Shown here in pieces: positions 18,010 through 25,980 of a stretch of DNA of 64,000 nucleotides (positions are counted from its first letter, which is position 1; each line of letters opens with the position of its first letter). The stretch spans positions 1,030 through 65,029 of the forward strand of contig DASUZL010000015.1 of assembly GCA_036376895.1 (NCBI GenBank), in the 5' to 3' direction. The notes below the pieces were generated by a model. The model had not been told where the DNA came from. It did no database searches and worked only from the letters and a program-made list of their open reading frames with translations. The position numbers and the translations under genes were made by a program. Source of the stretch: Solirubrobacterales bacterium. Its GTDB lineage: Bacteria; Actinomycetota; Thermoleophilia; Solirubrobacterales; 70-9.

Positions 18010-19323
18010 TCAGGCCAGCTCAGCGCGAACCAGGTCGGCAAGCCGATTGCAGACGGAATCGGCCTCCTCGGCGCTCGGCGCCTCGACCATCACCCGCACC
18101 AGCGGCTCGGTCCCGGAGGGTCGCAGCAGGACCCGGCCGCGCCCGGCCAGCGCCTCGCCCTCGCGCTCGACGGCCTCCCAGACAGCGGTCGCGTCGGCGA
18201 TCGCCTCGCGGTCGGCGACCTTGACGTTGACCAGCGTCTGCGGCAGCTTCTCCATCGTCGCCGCGTCGTCCAGCGAAGCCTCGCCCAGCTCGCGCATCGT
18301 CATCAGCGCCGCCGCGATCCCGTCGCCGGTGGCGACGAAGTCGGTGGCGATGATGTGGCCCGATTGCTCGCCGCCCAGCGCCCACTCGCGACGCAGCAGC
18401 TCGTCGATCACGTAGCGGTCGCCGACTTGGGTGATCGCGACCTCGATCCCCGCCTCCTCCATCGCCCGGTGGAAGCCGTAGTTGGTCATCACCGTGACCA
18501 CGACGCCGCCGCCGAGCTCGCCGCGGGCGGACATGCCACGGGCCGAGAGGGCGATCAGCTCGTCGCCGTCGTGGACCCGGCCGGAACCGTCCACCGCCAG
18601 CATGCGGTCGCCGTCGCCGTCGAAGGCGAAGCCGATCTCGGCCCCGGACTCGCGCACCCGCTGGGAGATCGCGTCGAGGTGGGTGGAGCCGCAGCCGGCA
18701 TTGATGTTGCGCCCGTCGGGCTCGGCCCCGATCGTCTCCACCTCGGCCCCGAGCCGCTCGAAGATCGCCGGCGCGGCGCGATGGGTGGCGCCGTGGGCGC
18801 AATCGAGAACAACGCGGCGGCCGGAGAGATCGAGGCGGAAGGCTGACTGCAGCTCGCGCAGGTAGTCCTCGAGCCCACCGTTCAGCTCACGCACGCGACC
18901 CGGCTCGGCGGCCGCGACCGGCTCGTCGACAAGCGCCTCGATCCGCGCCTCGGCCTCGTCGTCGAGCTTGACTCCCTGGCCGCTGAAAAACTTGATGCCG
19001 TTATCGCCGAAGGGGTTATGGGAGGCGGAGACGACCGCGGCGAGGTCGAGCCCGAGGCGCTTGACCAGGATCGCCGCAGCCGGCGTCGGCAGCACCCCGC
19101 CGAGCAGCGCGTCCCCACCCGCGGCAGCAATACCGGCGGCCAGCGCCGCCTCCAGCATCGGGCCCGACTCGCGGGTGTCGCGGACGATCAGGACCTGGGG
19201 ACGAGCGGCCTCCAGCGAGGAGGCGACGGCGCGGCCGAGGGCAGTCGCCAGCTCGGCGCTGAGAAAGGTTCCAACCTCTCCCCGAACCCCGTCGGTGCCG
19301 AAAAGCTTGCGCCCGGTCGCCAA
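18010..19323 (-). CDS. glmM: phosphoglucosamine mutase
   Basis: Contains FGTDGVRG and the phosphoserine loop VVSASHNPFGDNG. Start placed at the TTG at 19323, 10 nt after the rpsI stop. The upstream 34 codons overlap rpsI. The exact start is uncertain. Confidence 0.9.
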   Translation of the reverse strand: MATGRKLFGTDGVRGEVGTFLSAELATALGRAVASSLEAARPQVLIVRDTRESGPMLEAALAAGIAAAGGDALLGGVLPTPAAAILVKRLGLDLAAVVSASHNPFGDNGIKFFSGQGVKLDDEAEARIEALVDEPVAAAEPGRVRELNGGLEDYLRELQSAFRLDLSGRRVVLDCAHGATHRAAPAIFERLGAEVETIGAEPDGRNINAGCGSTHLDAISQRVRESGAEIGFAFDGDGDRMLAVDGSGRVHDGDELIALSARGMSARGELGGGVVVTVMTNYGFHRAMEEAGIEVAITQVGDRYVIDELLRREWALGGEQSGHIIATDFVATGDGIAAALMTMRELGEASLDDAATMEKLPQTLVNVKVADREAIADATAVWEAVEREGEALAGRGRVLLRPSGTEPLVRVMVEAPSAEEADSVCNRLADLVRAELA

Positions 19324-19333
19324 CCCGGCCCCG

Positions 19334-20227
19334 TCAGCGCTTGCTGAACTGAGGCTTCTTACGGGCCTTCTTGAATCCGGCCTTGCGACGCTCCTTGACG
19401 CGGGCGTCGCGGGTGAGGAAGCCACGCCGCTTGAGGTCGCCGCGCAGCTCGGCGTCGATCTCGGTCAGCGCCTTGGCGATGCCGTGGCGGACAGCGCCGG
19501 CCTGGCCGCTGATGCCGCCGCCGTGGACGCGGACGCGGACGTCGACATTGCCCTCGTAGCCGGAGACGGTGAGCGGCTGCTTGGCCATCGTCTGGTGCAG
19601 GGGGCGGGGGAAGAACTCGGCGAGGTCACGCTTGTTGACTTCGAACTTGCCGTCGCCGGGGACCAGGGTCACGCGGGCGATCGAACGCTTGCGTTTGCCG
19701 GTGGCGAGGAAACGGGCGCCGCTCTCGAGCTTCGCCGGGGCACGGCTCGCAGCCTCCGCCTCAGGATCCTCGTCGGCGGTGAGCGCAGCCTCGCGGCGCG
19801 CTTTCTCCTCTTCCTCGGCTTCCAGCCGGGCCTTCTCCTCCGCGCTCAGAGCCGGCCCATCCGACTCCACCGCGATCGGCTCCAGGTCGGCGCCGGGAAT
19901 GACGTCTTTTTTCTTCTCCTCAGCCACCGGTTTCTCGGCAGCCTCGGGCTCCTCGGCAGCGGGCTCCTCGGCAGTCTCGGGCTCAGACTCCTCGGTGGCC
20001 TCCTCGGCTGCCGGCTCCTCGGGCGCTTCCTCAGCGGCCTCGGGCTCCTCGGCCACCGGCGCCTCCTCAGCAGGCTCCTCCGCCGCGGGCTCCTCGGCGG
20101 GTGCCTCAGCCTCGGGCGCCGACTCCTCGGCGGGCGCCTCGGGCTGCTCCGGCGCCTCCGCCGTGGGCTCCTCGGACTGGGCGTCCTGGCCCTCGGTGGT
20201 CTCGTCGCGAGTCTCGTCGTCTGCCAT
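19334..20227 (-). CDS. rpsI: 30S ribosomal protein S9 with a long acidic N-terminal extension
   Basis: The C-terminal 128 aa are canonical S9 (GKRKRSIARV...HGGGISGQAGAVRHGIAKAL...KKPQFSKR). The ATG at 20227 shares one base with the rplM stop (TGATG). The 169 codons before the S9 domain are in frame, contain no stop, and are E/P/A-rich. Confidence 0.85.
   Translation of the reverse strand: MADDETRDETTEGQDAQSEEPTAEAPEQPEAPAEESAPEAEAPAEEPAAEEPAEEAPVAEEPEAAEEAPEEPAAEEATEESEPETAEEPAAEEPEAAEKPVAEEKKKDVIPGADLEPIAVESDGPALSAEEKARLEAEEEEKARREAALTADEDPEAEAASRAPAKLESGARFLATGKRKRSIARVTLVPGDGKFEVNKRDLAEFFPRPLHQTMAKQPLTVSGYEGNVDVRVRVHGGGISGQAGAVRHGIAKALTEIDAELRGDLKRRGFLTRDARVKERRKAGFKKARKKPQFSKR
19900..20215 (-). 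repeat. imperfect tandem codon repeats (GAG/GCC/CCC-rich) encoding the acidic S9 extension
   Basis: Recurring ctcctcggc / gggctcctcggc units on the + strand translate on the minus strand as (A/P)EE(P/A)-type repeats. Confidence 0.6.
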
Positions 20228-20658
20228 CAGTTCGTCTCCATCGGTTTCGGCTGCTGCGCCGCATGCGGATGATCGGGCCCGGCGTACACCTTCAGCTTGG
20301 TCAGCTGCTGGCGAGCGAGCCGGTTGCGCGGCAGCATCCCCTTGACGGCCTTGCGGATTACTTCCTCGGGGCGACGCTCGAGCATCTCCCCCAGGGTCCG
20401 CGACTTGATCCCGCCCGGGTAGCCGCTGTGACGCCAGTAGGTCTTCTGCGCCAGCTTGTCGCCGGTGACGCGGATTTTCTCGGCGTTGACGACGACGATG
20501 AAATCGCCGGTGTCGATGTGCGGCGTGTACTCGGGCTTGCGCTTGCCGCGCAGAGCGTCGGCGATCTGGGTCGCGAGACGGCCCAGGGTCTTGCCCTCGG
20601 CGTCGACGACGTACCAGTCTCGCTGGCGGTTGGCGGGTGTGGCTACAAAGGTCTTCAT
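20227..20658 (-). CDS. rplM: 50S ribosomal protein L13
   Basis: The internal ATG at 20658 of ORF 20227..21123 gives 143 aa: [59 protein letters not shown]... Confidence 0.95.
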   Translation of the reverse strand: MKTFVATPANRQRDWYVVDAEGKTLGRLATQIADALRGKRKPEYTPHIDTGDFIVVVNAEKIRVTGDKLAQKTYWRHSGYPGGIKSRTLGEMLERRPEEVIRKAVKGMLPRNRLARQQLTKLKVYAGPDHPHAAQQPKPMETN

Positions 20659-20663
20659 CGCGC

Positions 20664-20691
20664 AAAAGCCGCGCGGTTCAACCTGCGCGGC
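20664..20691 (-). promoter_or_regulatory. terminator-like hairpin plus U-tract in the rplM leader
   Basis: Minus strand reads GCCGCGCaGG-uugaa-CCGCGCGGC (9 bp with 1 bulge), then UUUU, then GCGCG-AUG. The hairpin ends 9 nt before the rplM start and no SD is visible. Confidence 0.3.
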
Positions 20692-20735
20692 CGGGGGATA
20701 GTAGCCAACCTGGCGTCTATACTGCCGCGCCAGCA

Positions 20736-20888
20736 GTGCCGAGTTCCTCACGGACGTCCGTGAGGGAGCGGAGGAACCGAAGGGACCGAGGCAGGTCCCA
20801 GGGGCGAATCGGACGAATCTCAGTCCGTAGCGCATCTCTTTCAGCGCGAGCCCGACAGCTAACTCCGCAGGCGATTCGAAAGAGAGGC
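20736..20888 (+). ncRNA. cyclic-di-AMP riboswitch (ydaO/yuaA class)
   Basis: Pseudo-two-fold layout that I recognise from the ydaO motif. First half: hairpin CCUCACGGAC/GUCCGUGAGG followed by GAGCGGAGGAACC. Second half: hairpin GGGACC-GAGGCA-GGUCCC followed by AGGGGCGAAUCGG. The 3' block is CCCGACAGCUAACUCCGCAGGCG. A TATACT -10-like hexamer lies at 20718..20723. The element ends at the SD of the M23 peptidase gene. Confidence 0.8.
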
Positions 20889-20890
20889 TA

Positions 20891-21862
20891 GTGGTGCGCG
20901 GCAAGCTGAGGGACCGGCCGAGAGCGGCCGGGAAGATAGGCGTAATCGCGGCGATCATGCTGCTGGCGATCCCTGCCGCCGGCGCCTCCGCGGCTACCAC
21001 CGGTGGAGCCCCCACCCCGACCGCCGCCGCCGCGCCCGCGCCCGGCAGCGGCCCCGGCGTCCCGGTCGCCGCCCCCAGCGCCGGCACGCTCTCGGTGATC
21101 AGCGCCGAAACGACCCCGGTCAAGTCCTTCTTCTACGGCTACCGCCTGCCGCGCCTCAGCTACGCGATCGCCAGCAGCCAGCCCTACAACGACATCCGCA
21201 TCGACGTCCTCAACAGCATCGGCGAAGTCGTCAAGACCTTCTATCGGGAAGACCGCTCCCCCAACGTCGCCTACCGGATCCGCTGGGACGGCACGACCAA
21301 CGAAGGCAAACCGGCGCGCAACGGCCGCTACAGCTTCCAGATCGCCGCCCAGACGGCGGTGCCCGCGGCCCCCGCCCCACCCCCGGCGGCCCGTCCCGCC
21401 ACCGCCTCGACCACGCTCGGCCTCGACTTCACTTTCTTCGGCTACGCCTTCCCGATCCTCGGCGACCACGAATACAGCCTCAGCGCCGGCCGCTTCGGCG
21501 CCGGCCGCTCCGGCCACACCCACCAGGGCCAAGACGTGATGGCCGCCTGCGGCCTGCCCTTGGTCGCCGCGCGCGGCGGCACCGTCCAGTACTCGACCTG
21601 GGACGACGCCGCCGGCAACTACGTCGTGATCGACGGCATCGGCACCCCCTACGACTTCATGTACGCCCACCTGGCGGAACCCTCCCCCCTCCAGGTCGGA
21701 GAAACCGTCCGCACCGGCCAGCCGATCGGCATCGTCGGCGACACGGGCGACGCCCAGGGTTGCCACCTCCACTTCGAGATGTGGGCTCCTCCCGGCTGGT
21801 ACGAGGGAGGCTCCCCGTTTGATCCCCTCCCCTATCTCGAAAAGTGGGACGCGTACAGCTGA
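20891..21862 (+). CDS. secreted M23 family metallopeptidase
   Basis: 323 aa with a signal peptide ([20 protein letters not shown]). M23 motifs HTHQGQD (HxxxD) and GCHLHFEMW (HxH) are present. The N-terminal half is beta-rich and Ig-like. Confidence 0.88.
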   Translation: MVRGKLRDRPRAAGKIGVIAAIMLLAIPAAGASAATTGGAPTPTAAAAPAPGSGPGVPVAAPSAGTLSVISAETTPVKSFFYGYRLPRLSYAIASSQPYNDIRIDVLNSIGEVVKTFYREDRSPNVAYRIRWDGTTNEGKPARNGRYSFQIAAQTAVPAAPAPPPAARPATASTTLGLDFTFFGYAFPILGDHEYSLSAGRFGAGRSGHTHQGQDVMAACGLPLVAARGGTVQYSTWDDAAGNYVVIDGIGTPYDFMYAHLAEPSPLQVGETVRTGQPIGIVGDTGDAQGCHLHFEMWAPPGWYEGGSPFDPLPYLEKWDAYS

Positions 21863-21863
21863 G

Positions 21864-22310
21864 CTAGTCGCTGCAGCGCTGACAGCGGCCGCGAAGCACC
21901 ACATCGTGCTCGGTGATCTCGAAGTCCATGCTCTCCGAGAGCTTGTCGATCGCCTGCTCCAGGGACGGATCCTCGAAGGGGACCATGCGGCCGCAGTCTC
22001 TGCAGATCGCGTGGTGGTGGTGATGGCCGGCTGGGTCGACGCGCTCGTAGCCGGCGGTGCCGCGACTCACCTCAATGCGCTGTACGAGGCCGAGCTGCTC
22101 GAGCTGCTCCAGCGCCCGGTAGACGCTGGCTCGACCGACCGGGGGGCGGCGACGGCGGAGTTCGTCGTCGAGGTCGAGGGCGGTGACGGCGCAGTTATGG
22201 CCGGCCAGGGCCTCGACCACCGCGGTGCGGGCGCCGCCGCGGCGGTGGCCGGCCGCCTGCAGGGTCCGGAGCGCGTGCTCGGCCCAGGCGCTGTCGGTGC
22301 TCGTCGCCAT
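21864..22310 (-). CDS. zur: Fur family transcriptional regulator (Zur by operon context)
   Basis: 148 aa with a winged helix (ASVYRALEQLEQLGLV), GHHHHHAICRDCG and a C-terminal CQRC. Its ATG shares one base with the stop of the metal-transporter permease. Confidence 0.7.
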   Translation of the reverse strand: MATSTDSAWAEHALRTLQAAGHRRGGARTAVVEALAGHNCAVTALDLDDELRRRRPPVGRASVYRALEQLEQLGLVQRIEVSRGTAGYERVDPAGHHHHHAICRDCGRMVPFEDPSLEQAIDKLSESMDFEITEHDVVLRGRCQRCSD

Positions 22311-23152
22311 CAGCCGATCGTAGCCCCCGCCCGGGCCGCCCTCGGCGCTCGCGGCAGCCGCAGTTGGCGGGCCGGCAGCGAGAGCAGGTAGGCGGCGACG
22401 ATCGCCAGCGCCACCGAGGCGCCGCCGGCCGTGCCGGCGTAGTAGGAGAGGTATAGACCAGCAAGACCCGAGAGCACCGCGATCGCGGCGGCGACGGCAA
22501 TCATCGGGCCCATCCGGTTGGTCAAGTTGCGGGCCGCCGCGGCGGGGCCGACGAAGACGGCGACGACGAGCAGGTTGCCGAGGCCCTGGACGGCGACGAC
22601 GATCGCCAGCGCCAGCAGCACCGTCAGCGCCAGCTCCCAGCGCCCCGGCGAGAGGCCCAGCGCCGAGGCGGCGCCGCGGTCGAAGCCGGTCGCGAGCAGC
22701 CGCGCATGCAGCAGCGGCAGCGCCGCCGCGAGCAGGACGAGCAGGGCGGCGGAGGCGATGAGGTCGCCGTCGGTCGGGCCGAGGATGTCGCCGAACAACA
22801 GCGCCTCGATCCCCGGCGGCGAGTCCGGAGACAGCGCCAGCAGGGCGCCGAGCCCGAACATCGTCGTCACCACGACCGCCACCGCGAGGTCGCGGCTGAC
22901 GCCCTGGACCCGCGAGGCGAGGGCGATCGCAAGCGCCGCCAGGACCACCGCCGGGGTCGCACCGAGCAGCAGCGGCAGGCCAGCGATCGCGGCGACGACC
23001 AGGCCCGGGAAGAGCGAGTGGGCGAGCGACTCGGTTGCGTAGGAGAGCTCGAAGAGGATGACCCAGCAGCCGATCGCAGCGCCGGCCAGGGCCAGCATCG
23101 TCATCTCCGCGATCGCGCGCTGCATGAACGGTTCTTGCAGGGGCTCGAACAT
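22310..23152 (-). CDS. metal ABC transporter permease (ABC-3 / ZnuB-TroD type)
   Basis: The internal ATG at 23152 of ORF 22310..23605 gives MFEPLQEPFMQRAIAEMTMLALAGAAIGCWVILFELSYATESLAHSLFPG..., a polytopic protein. Confidence 0.85.
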   Translation of the reverse strand: MFEPLQEPFMQRAIAEMTMLALAGAAIGCWVILFELSYATESLAHSLFPGLVVAAIAGLPLLLGATPAVVLAALAIALASRVQGVSRDLAVAVVVTTMFGLGALLALSPDSPPGIEALLFGDILGPTDGDLIASAALLVLLAAALPLLHARLLATGFDRGAASALGLSPGRWELALTVLLALAIVVAVQGLGNLLVVAVFVGPAAAARNLTNRMGPMIAVAAAIAVLSGLAGLYLSYYAGTAGGASVALAIVAAYLLSLPARQLRLPRAPRAARAGATIG

Positions 23153-23154
23153 GA

Positions 23155-23907
23155 TCAGTGGTCGTGATGGTGCGGGGGCAGGATCGCCCGCGAGCCGGTT
23201 CCGGGGATCTCGACGATGGCGCCGCCGTAGGTGGCTTCCAGCACCTCGCGGTCGAGCACCTCCTGCGGCGGCCCGACGGCGATCTGGCGGCGGTTGACGC
23301 AGAGGACGGCGTCCCAGCGCCGCGCCTGCTCGAGGTCGTGGGTGGCGACGACGATCGCGTGCCCTTCTCCGGAGAGGGTCTCGATCAGCGCTTCCAACCG
23401 CTCCGAGGCAGGGTGGTCGAGACCGCTGAAGGGCTCGTCCATCAACAGCACGCGAGCGTCCTGGACCAGCGCCCGGGCGATCAGCACCCGCTGGCGCTGG
23501 CCGCCGGAGAGCTCGCCGAAGGTCTCCCCCGCCAGCCGCTCCAGTCCGACCCGCTCCAGCGCCTGCAGCGCCTGCTCGCGTCCCTCCCGCCCCGGCCCCC
23601 GCCACCAGGGCAGCCGCGAGAGCGTGCCCATCGCCGCCACCTCGAGCGCCGAGACGGGGTAGTCGAGCCGCGAGCGGTCGGTCTGCGGGACCGAGCCGCA
23701 GGAAGCGGACACTTGCAACGTCCCGGCCCGCGGCCGCAGCTCGCCGAGCAGGGCGCGCAGGACCGTCGTCTTGCCGCCGCCGTTGGGCCCGAGCAGGGCC
23801 AGGCGCTCCCCCGCCTCGAGGCGGAAGGAGACGTCGGTGACCGCGGCGGGCCCGGTGCCGTAGCCGAGCGCGAGCCCGCTGGCCTCGATCAGGGGCTGAG
23901 CTGACAT
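23155..23907 (-). CDS. metal ABC transporter ATP-binding protein (ZnuC/TroB type)
   Basis: The internal ATG at 23907 gives 250 aa. Walker A GPNGGGKTT, signature LSGGQRQR and Walker B LLMDEPFSGLD are present. The C-terminal tail is His-rich (PPHHHDH). The start overlaps the upstream gene by 19 nt. Confidence 0.9.
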   Translation of the reverse strand: MSAQPLIEASGLALGYGTGPAAVTDVSFRLEAGERLALLGPNGGGKTTVLRALLGELRPRAGTLQVSASCGSVPQTDRSRLDYPVSALEVAAMGTLSRLPWWRGPGREGREQALQALERVGLERLAGETFGELSGGQRQRVLIARALVQDARVLLMDEPFSGLDHPASERLEALIETLSGEGHAIVVATHDLEQARRWDAVLCVNRRQIAVGPPQEVLDREVLEATYGGAIVEIPGTGSRAILPPHHHDH

Positions 23908-25637
23908 CCCCGCCTCCCCCCGGTGAAGCCGCGCACGATCGCGTCGGCGTTGGCGGCCTCCATCGTCAGGTAGGTCGCCCCGTCGGAGTCGGCCGGCCCG
24001 AGCGTGTCGCCGTAGAGCTCGTACTCGCTGCTGGCCCCGGTCTGGCGCGAGATCGCCTCGGCCACGTTGGCGCTGAGCGAGCTCTCCGGAAAGACCGCCT
24101 TCACCCCTTCGCGCTCGATCAGCCCGATCAGCTCGCTGACGTCCTTGGCCGAGGCCTGCGCCTGGGTCGTCTGCGAGGGGATGACGGCGCCGACGACGTC
24201 GATCCCGTAGCGGTTGGCGAAGTAGCCGAAGGCGTCGTGGTCGGTGACCAGCTTGCGGTCCGCAGCCGGAACCGCGTCGATGCAGGCGTCGATGCCGGCG
24301 TCGAGCCGGCGCAGGTGGCCGAGATAGGCGTCGGCGTTGCGCTGGAACTCGCCTTGGTGAGTGGGGTCGGCAACAGTGAGGCGCCGCGCGATCTCGCCCA
24401 CCGCCGCCTCGGCGTTGCGCGGGTCGTGCCACCAGTGGGGGTCGAAGCGCGAGGCCTCCTCGCCGCTGTCCTCCCCCGGCAGCCGCTCCGGCACGCCGGC
24501 GCCAAGGTCGACGACGGTCGCGTCGCTGCCGCTGTCGGAGACGATCTCCTCGATCCAGGAGTCGAGGTCGTCTCCGCTGGCGAAGACCAGGTCGGCCCCG
24601 GCCGCCGCCTCGACATCGCTCGGCCGCGGCTCGTACTCGTGCGGGTCGGTGTTGGGCTCGAGCACCTGGTCGACCGAGACCGCTCCGCCGCCGACCTCGC
24701 GCACCCAGTCGCCGATCTGGGTCGTGGTCGCGACGACCTCGACCCGGCCGTCGTCGGACCCGGCGGCGCCGCAGCCGGCGGCGAGCAGCGCCAGGGCGAG
24801 CGCCCCAGCGGCCAGCGCGGCCTGGCGACGGGGAGCGCGGCTGAGAGCCCGGCCCAGCGCCACCAGCGCGAAGAGGCCGCCGGCGACGCAGGCGATCGTC
24901 GCCCCCGGCGGCGCGTCGGTTTCGACCGAGAGCCAGAGCCCGAGCGTGCCCTCGACCGCGACCAGGACGACGCTGGCGAGCTGCCAGGTGCGCATCCGCC
25001 CGGTCAACAGGCGGGCAGTGGCGGCTGGGACGACAAACAGGGAAGCGACCAGGAGGGCGCCGACGGCGGTCAACGCCGCCGTCGTCGCCAGCGCGATCAG
25101 GCCGAGCAGGAGCGCGTCCAGCAGCCGCGCCTCGCCCCGGCTCGCCGGCCGCGCCCCGGGATCGAACCCGTGCGCGAGCCAGCGCCGGCCGACGACGGCG
25201 TTGGCGGCCAGCGTCGCCGCCGCGGCCACCGCCGCCAGGACGAGGTCGGAGCTGTCAATCAACAGGAGGCTGCCGAACAGCAGCGTCTCGACGTTGGCCC
25301 CGGAGCCGAAGACGTCGCTGGCGAGCAGGACGCCGCCGGCAAGACAGGCGACGAGGACGAGGGCGACGACGCTGTCGCGGCCCTGGTCTCGCCCGCGGCC
25401 CAGCGCCGCGTTGCCGAGGGTGAAGGCGACGGCGGCGGCGAAGGCGCCGAGCGGCGCCGCGAAGCCGAGGCCATCGGCGAGGACCAGCCCGGGGAAGGCG
25501 GCGGTGCCGACCGCGTGGGAGAAGAAGGCGAGCCCGCGGAGCACGATCCAGGTGCCGAGCAGACCGGCGGGGATGGCCAGGATCAGCAGCTCGAAAAGCC
25601 CGCGCTGGACAAAGGGGAATTCGAGCGTCTCGAGCAT
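23889..25637 (-). CDS. in-frame fusion of an ABC-3 metal permease (N-terminal) with a ZnuA/TroA-type metal-binding protein (C-terminal)
   Basis: 582-aa uninterrupted ORF. Residues 1 to about 265 are ZnuB-like (MLETLEFPFVQRGLFELLILAIPAGLLGTWIVLRGLAFFSHAVGTAAFPG...). A signal-peptide/lipobox-like segment follows (RAPRRQAALAAGALALALLAAGC). The remainder is a cluster A-I SBP with ligand motifs DPHEYEP, DPHWWHDP and TDHDAFGYF. Confidence 0.8.
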   Translation of the reverse strand: MLETLEFPFVQRGLFELLILAIPAGLLGTWIVLRGLAFFSHAVGTAAFPGLVLADGLGFAAPLGAFAAAVAFTLGNAALGRGRDQGRDSVVALVLVACLAGGVLLASDVFGSGANVETLLFGSLLLIDSSDLVLAAVAAAATLAANAVVGRRWLAHGFDPGARPASRGEARLLDALLLGLIALATTAALTAVGALLVASLFVVPAATARLLTGRMRTWQLASVVLVAVEGTLGLWLSVETDAPPGATIACVAGGLFALVALGRALSRAPRRQAALAAGALALALLAAGCGAAGSDDGRVEVVATTTQIGDWVREVGGGAVSVDQVLEPNTDPHEYEPRPSDVEAAAGADLVFASGDDLDSWIEEIVSDSGSDATVVDLGAGVPERLPGEDSGEEASRFDPHWWHDPRNAEAAVGEIARRLTVADPTHQGEFQRNADAYLGHLRRLDAGIDACIDAVPAADRKLVTDHDAFGYFANRYGIDVVGAVIPSQTTQAQASAKDVSELIGLIEREGVKAVFPESSLSANVAEAISRQTGASSEYELYGDTLGPADSDGATYLTMEAANADAIVRGFTGGRRGCQLSP

Positions 25638-25652
25638 CGCGCCCGAGCATAA

Positions 25653-25667
25653 TGAGAATGAATCTAA
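25653..25667. promoter_or_regulatory. candidate Zur/Fur-family operator (imperfect 7-1-7 A/T-rich palindrome)
   Basis: TGAGAAT-G-AATCTAA lies 16 to 30 nt upstream of the operon start codon at 25637. It matches 11 of 14 specified positions of the TGAAAAT-n-ATTTTCA core that I recall for actinobacterial Zur boxes. Confidence 0.35.
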
Positions 25668-25980
25668 TTTGTATTTAGACGTTGATTTGGATCACAAATG
25701 CAAGAAACTGGAACGAGCTCCAGCGTTCGGGAGGTCTCTACTATTGCTCAGAGAGTCGCACCGCAATGGGAGAGGGGGTGAGGAGTGAGGATCGCCCAGA
25801 TCGCGACCGTCGTTCCGGTCAGTTCAATCGCCAAGTCCGGCTGAAACTTTTGGCTAGCGGTGAAGCGGAATGCCCGTAATTTGGGTGTTCTGCTTTGGGG
25901 TAATACTCGCAGAATTAATTTAAGAGATTTGAGCAAGGAGTACACCTAGAGGGACTACCCCACCCGAAGGAGCCACCCTG

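Noticed and set aside
19900-20215. Periodic short repeats that could suggest a CRISPR-like or VNTR array
   Set aside because: The units are only 9 to 15 nt, imperfect, without spacers, and lie in frame inside rpsI. They are codon-level repeats encoding the acidic extension, not a CRISPR array.
24237-25788. 471-aa and 475-aa plus-strand ORFs across the metal-importer gene
   Set aside because: They are shadow frames of the permease::SBP fusion, which has recognisable ZnuB and ZnuA motifs. Their composition is dominated by R/G/A/P or S/A/T/R runs.
25682-25945. Two 65-aa ORFs (one on each strand) in the AT-rich spacer
   Set aside because: They have no SD, poor G/C third-position bias compared with real genes here, and no recognisable motifs. 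The region is treated as non-coding and reported as a finding instead.
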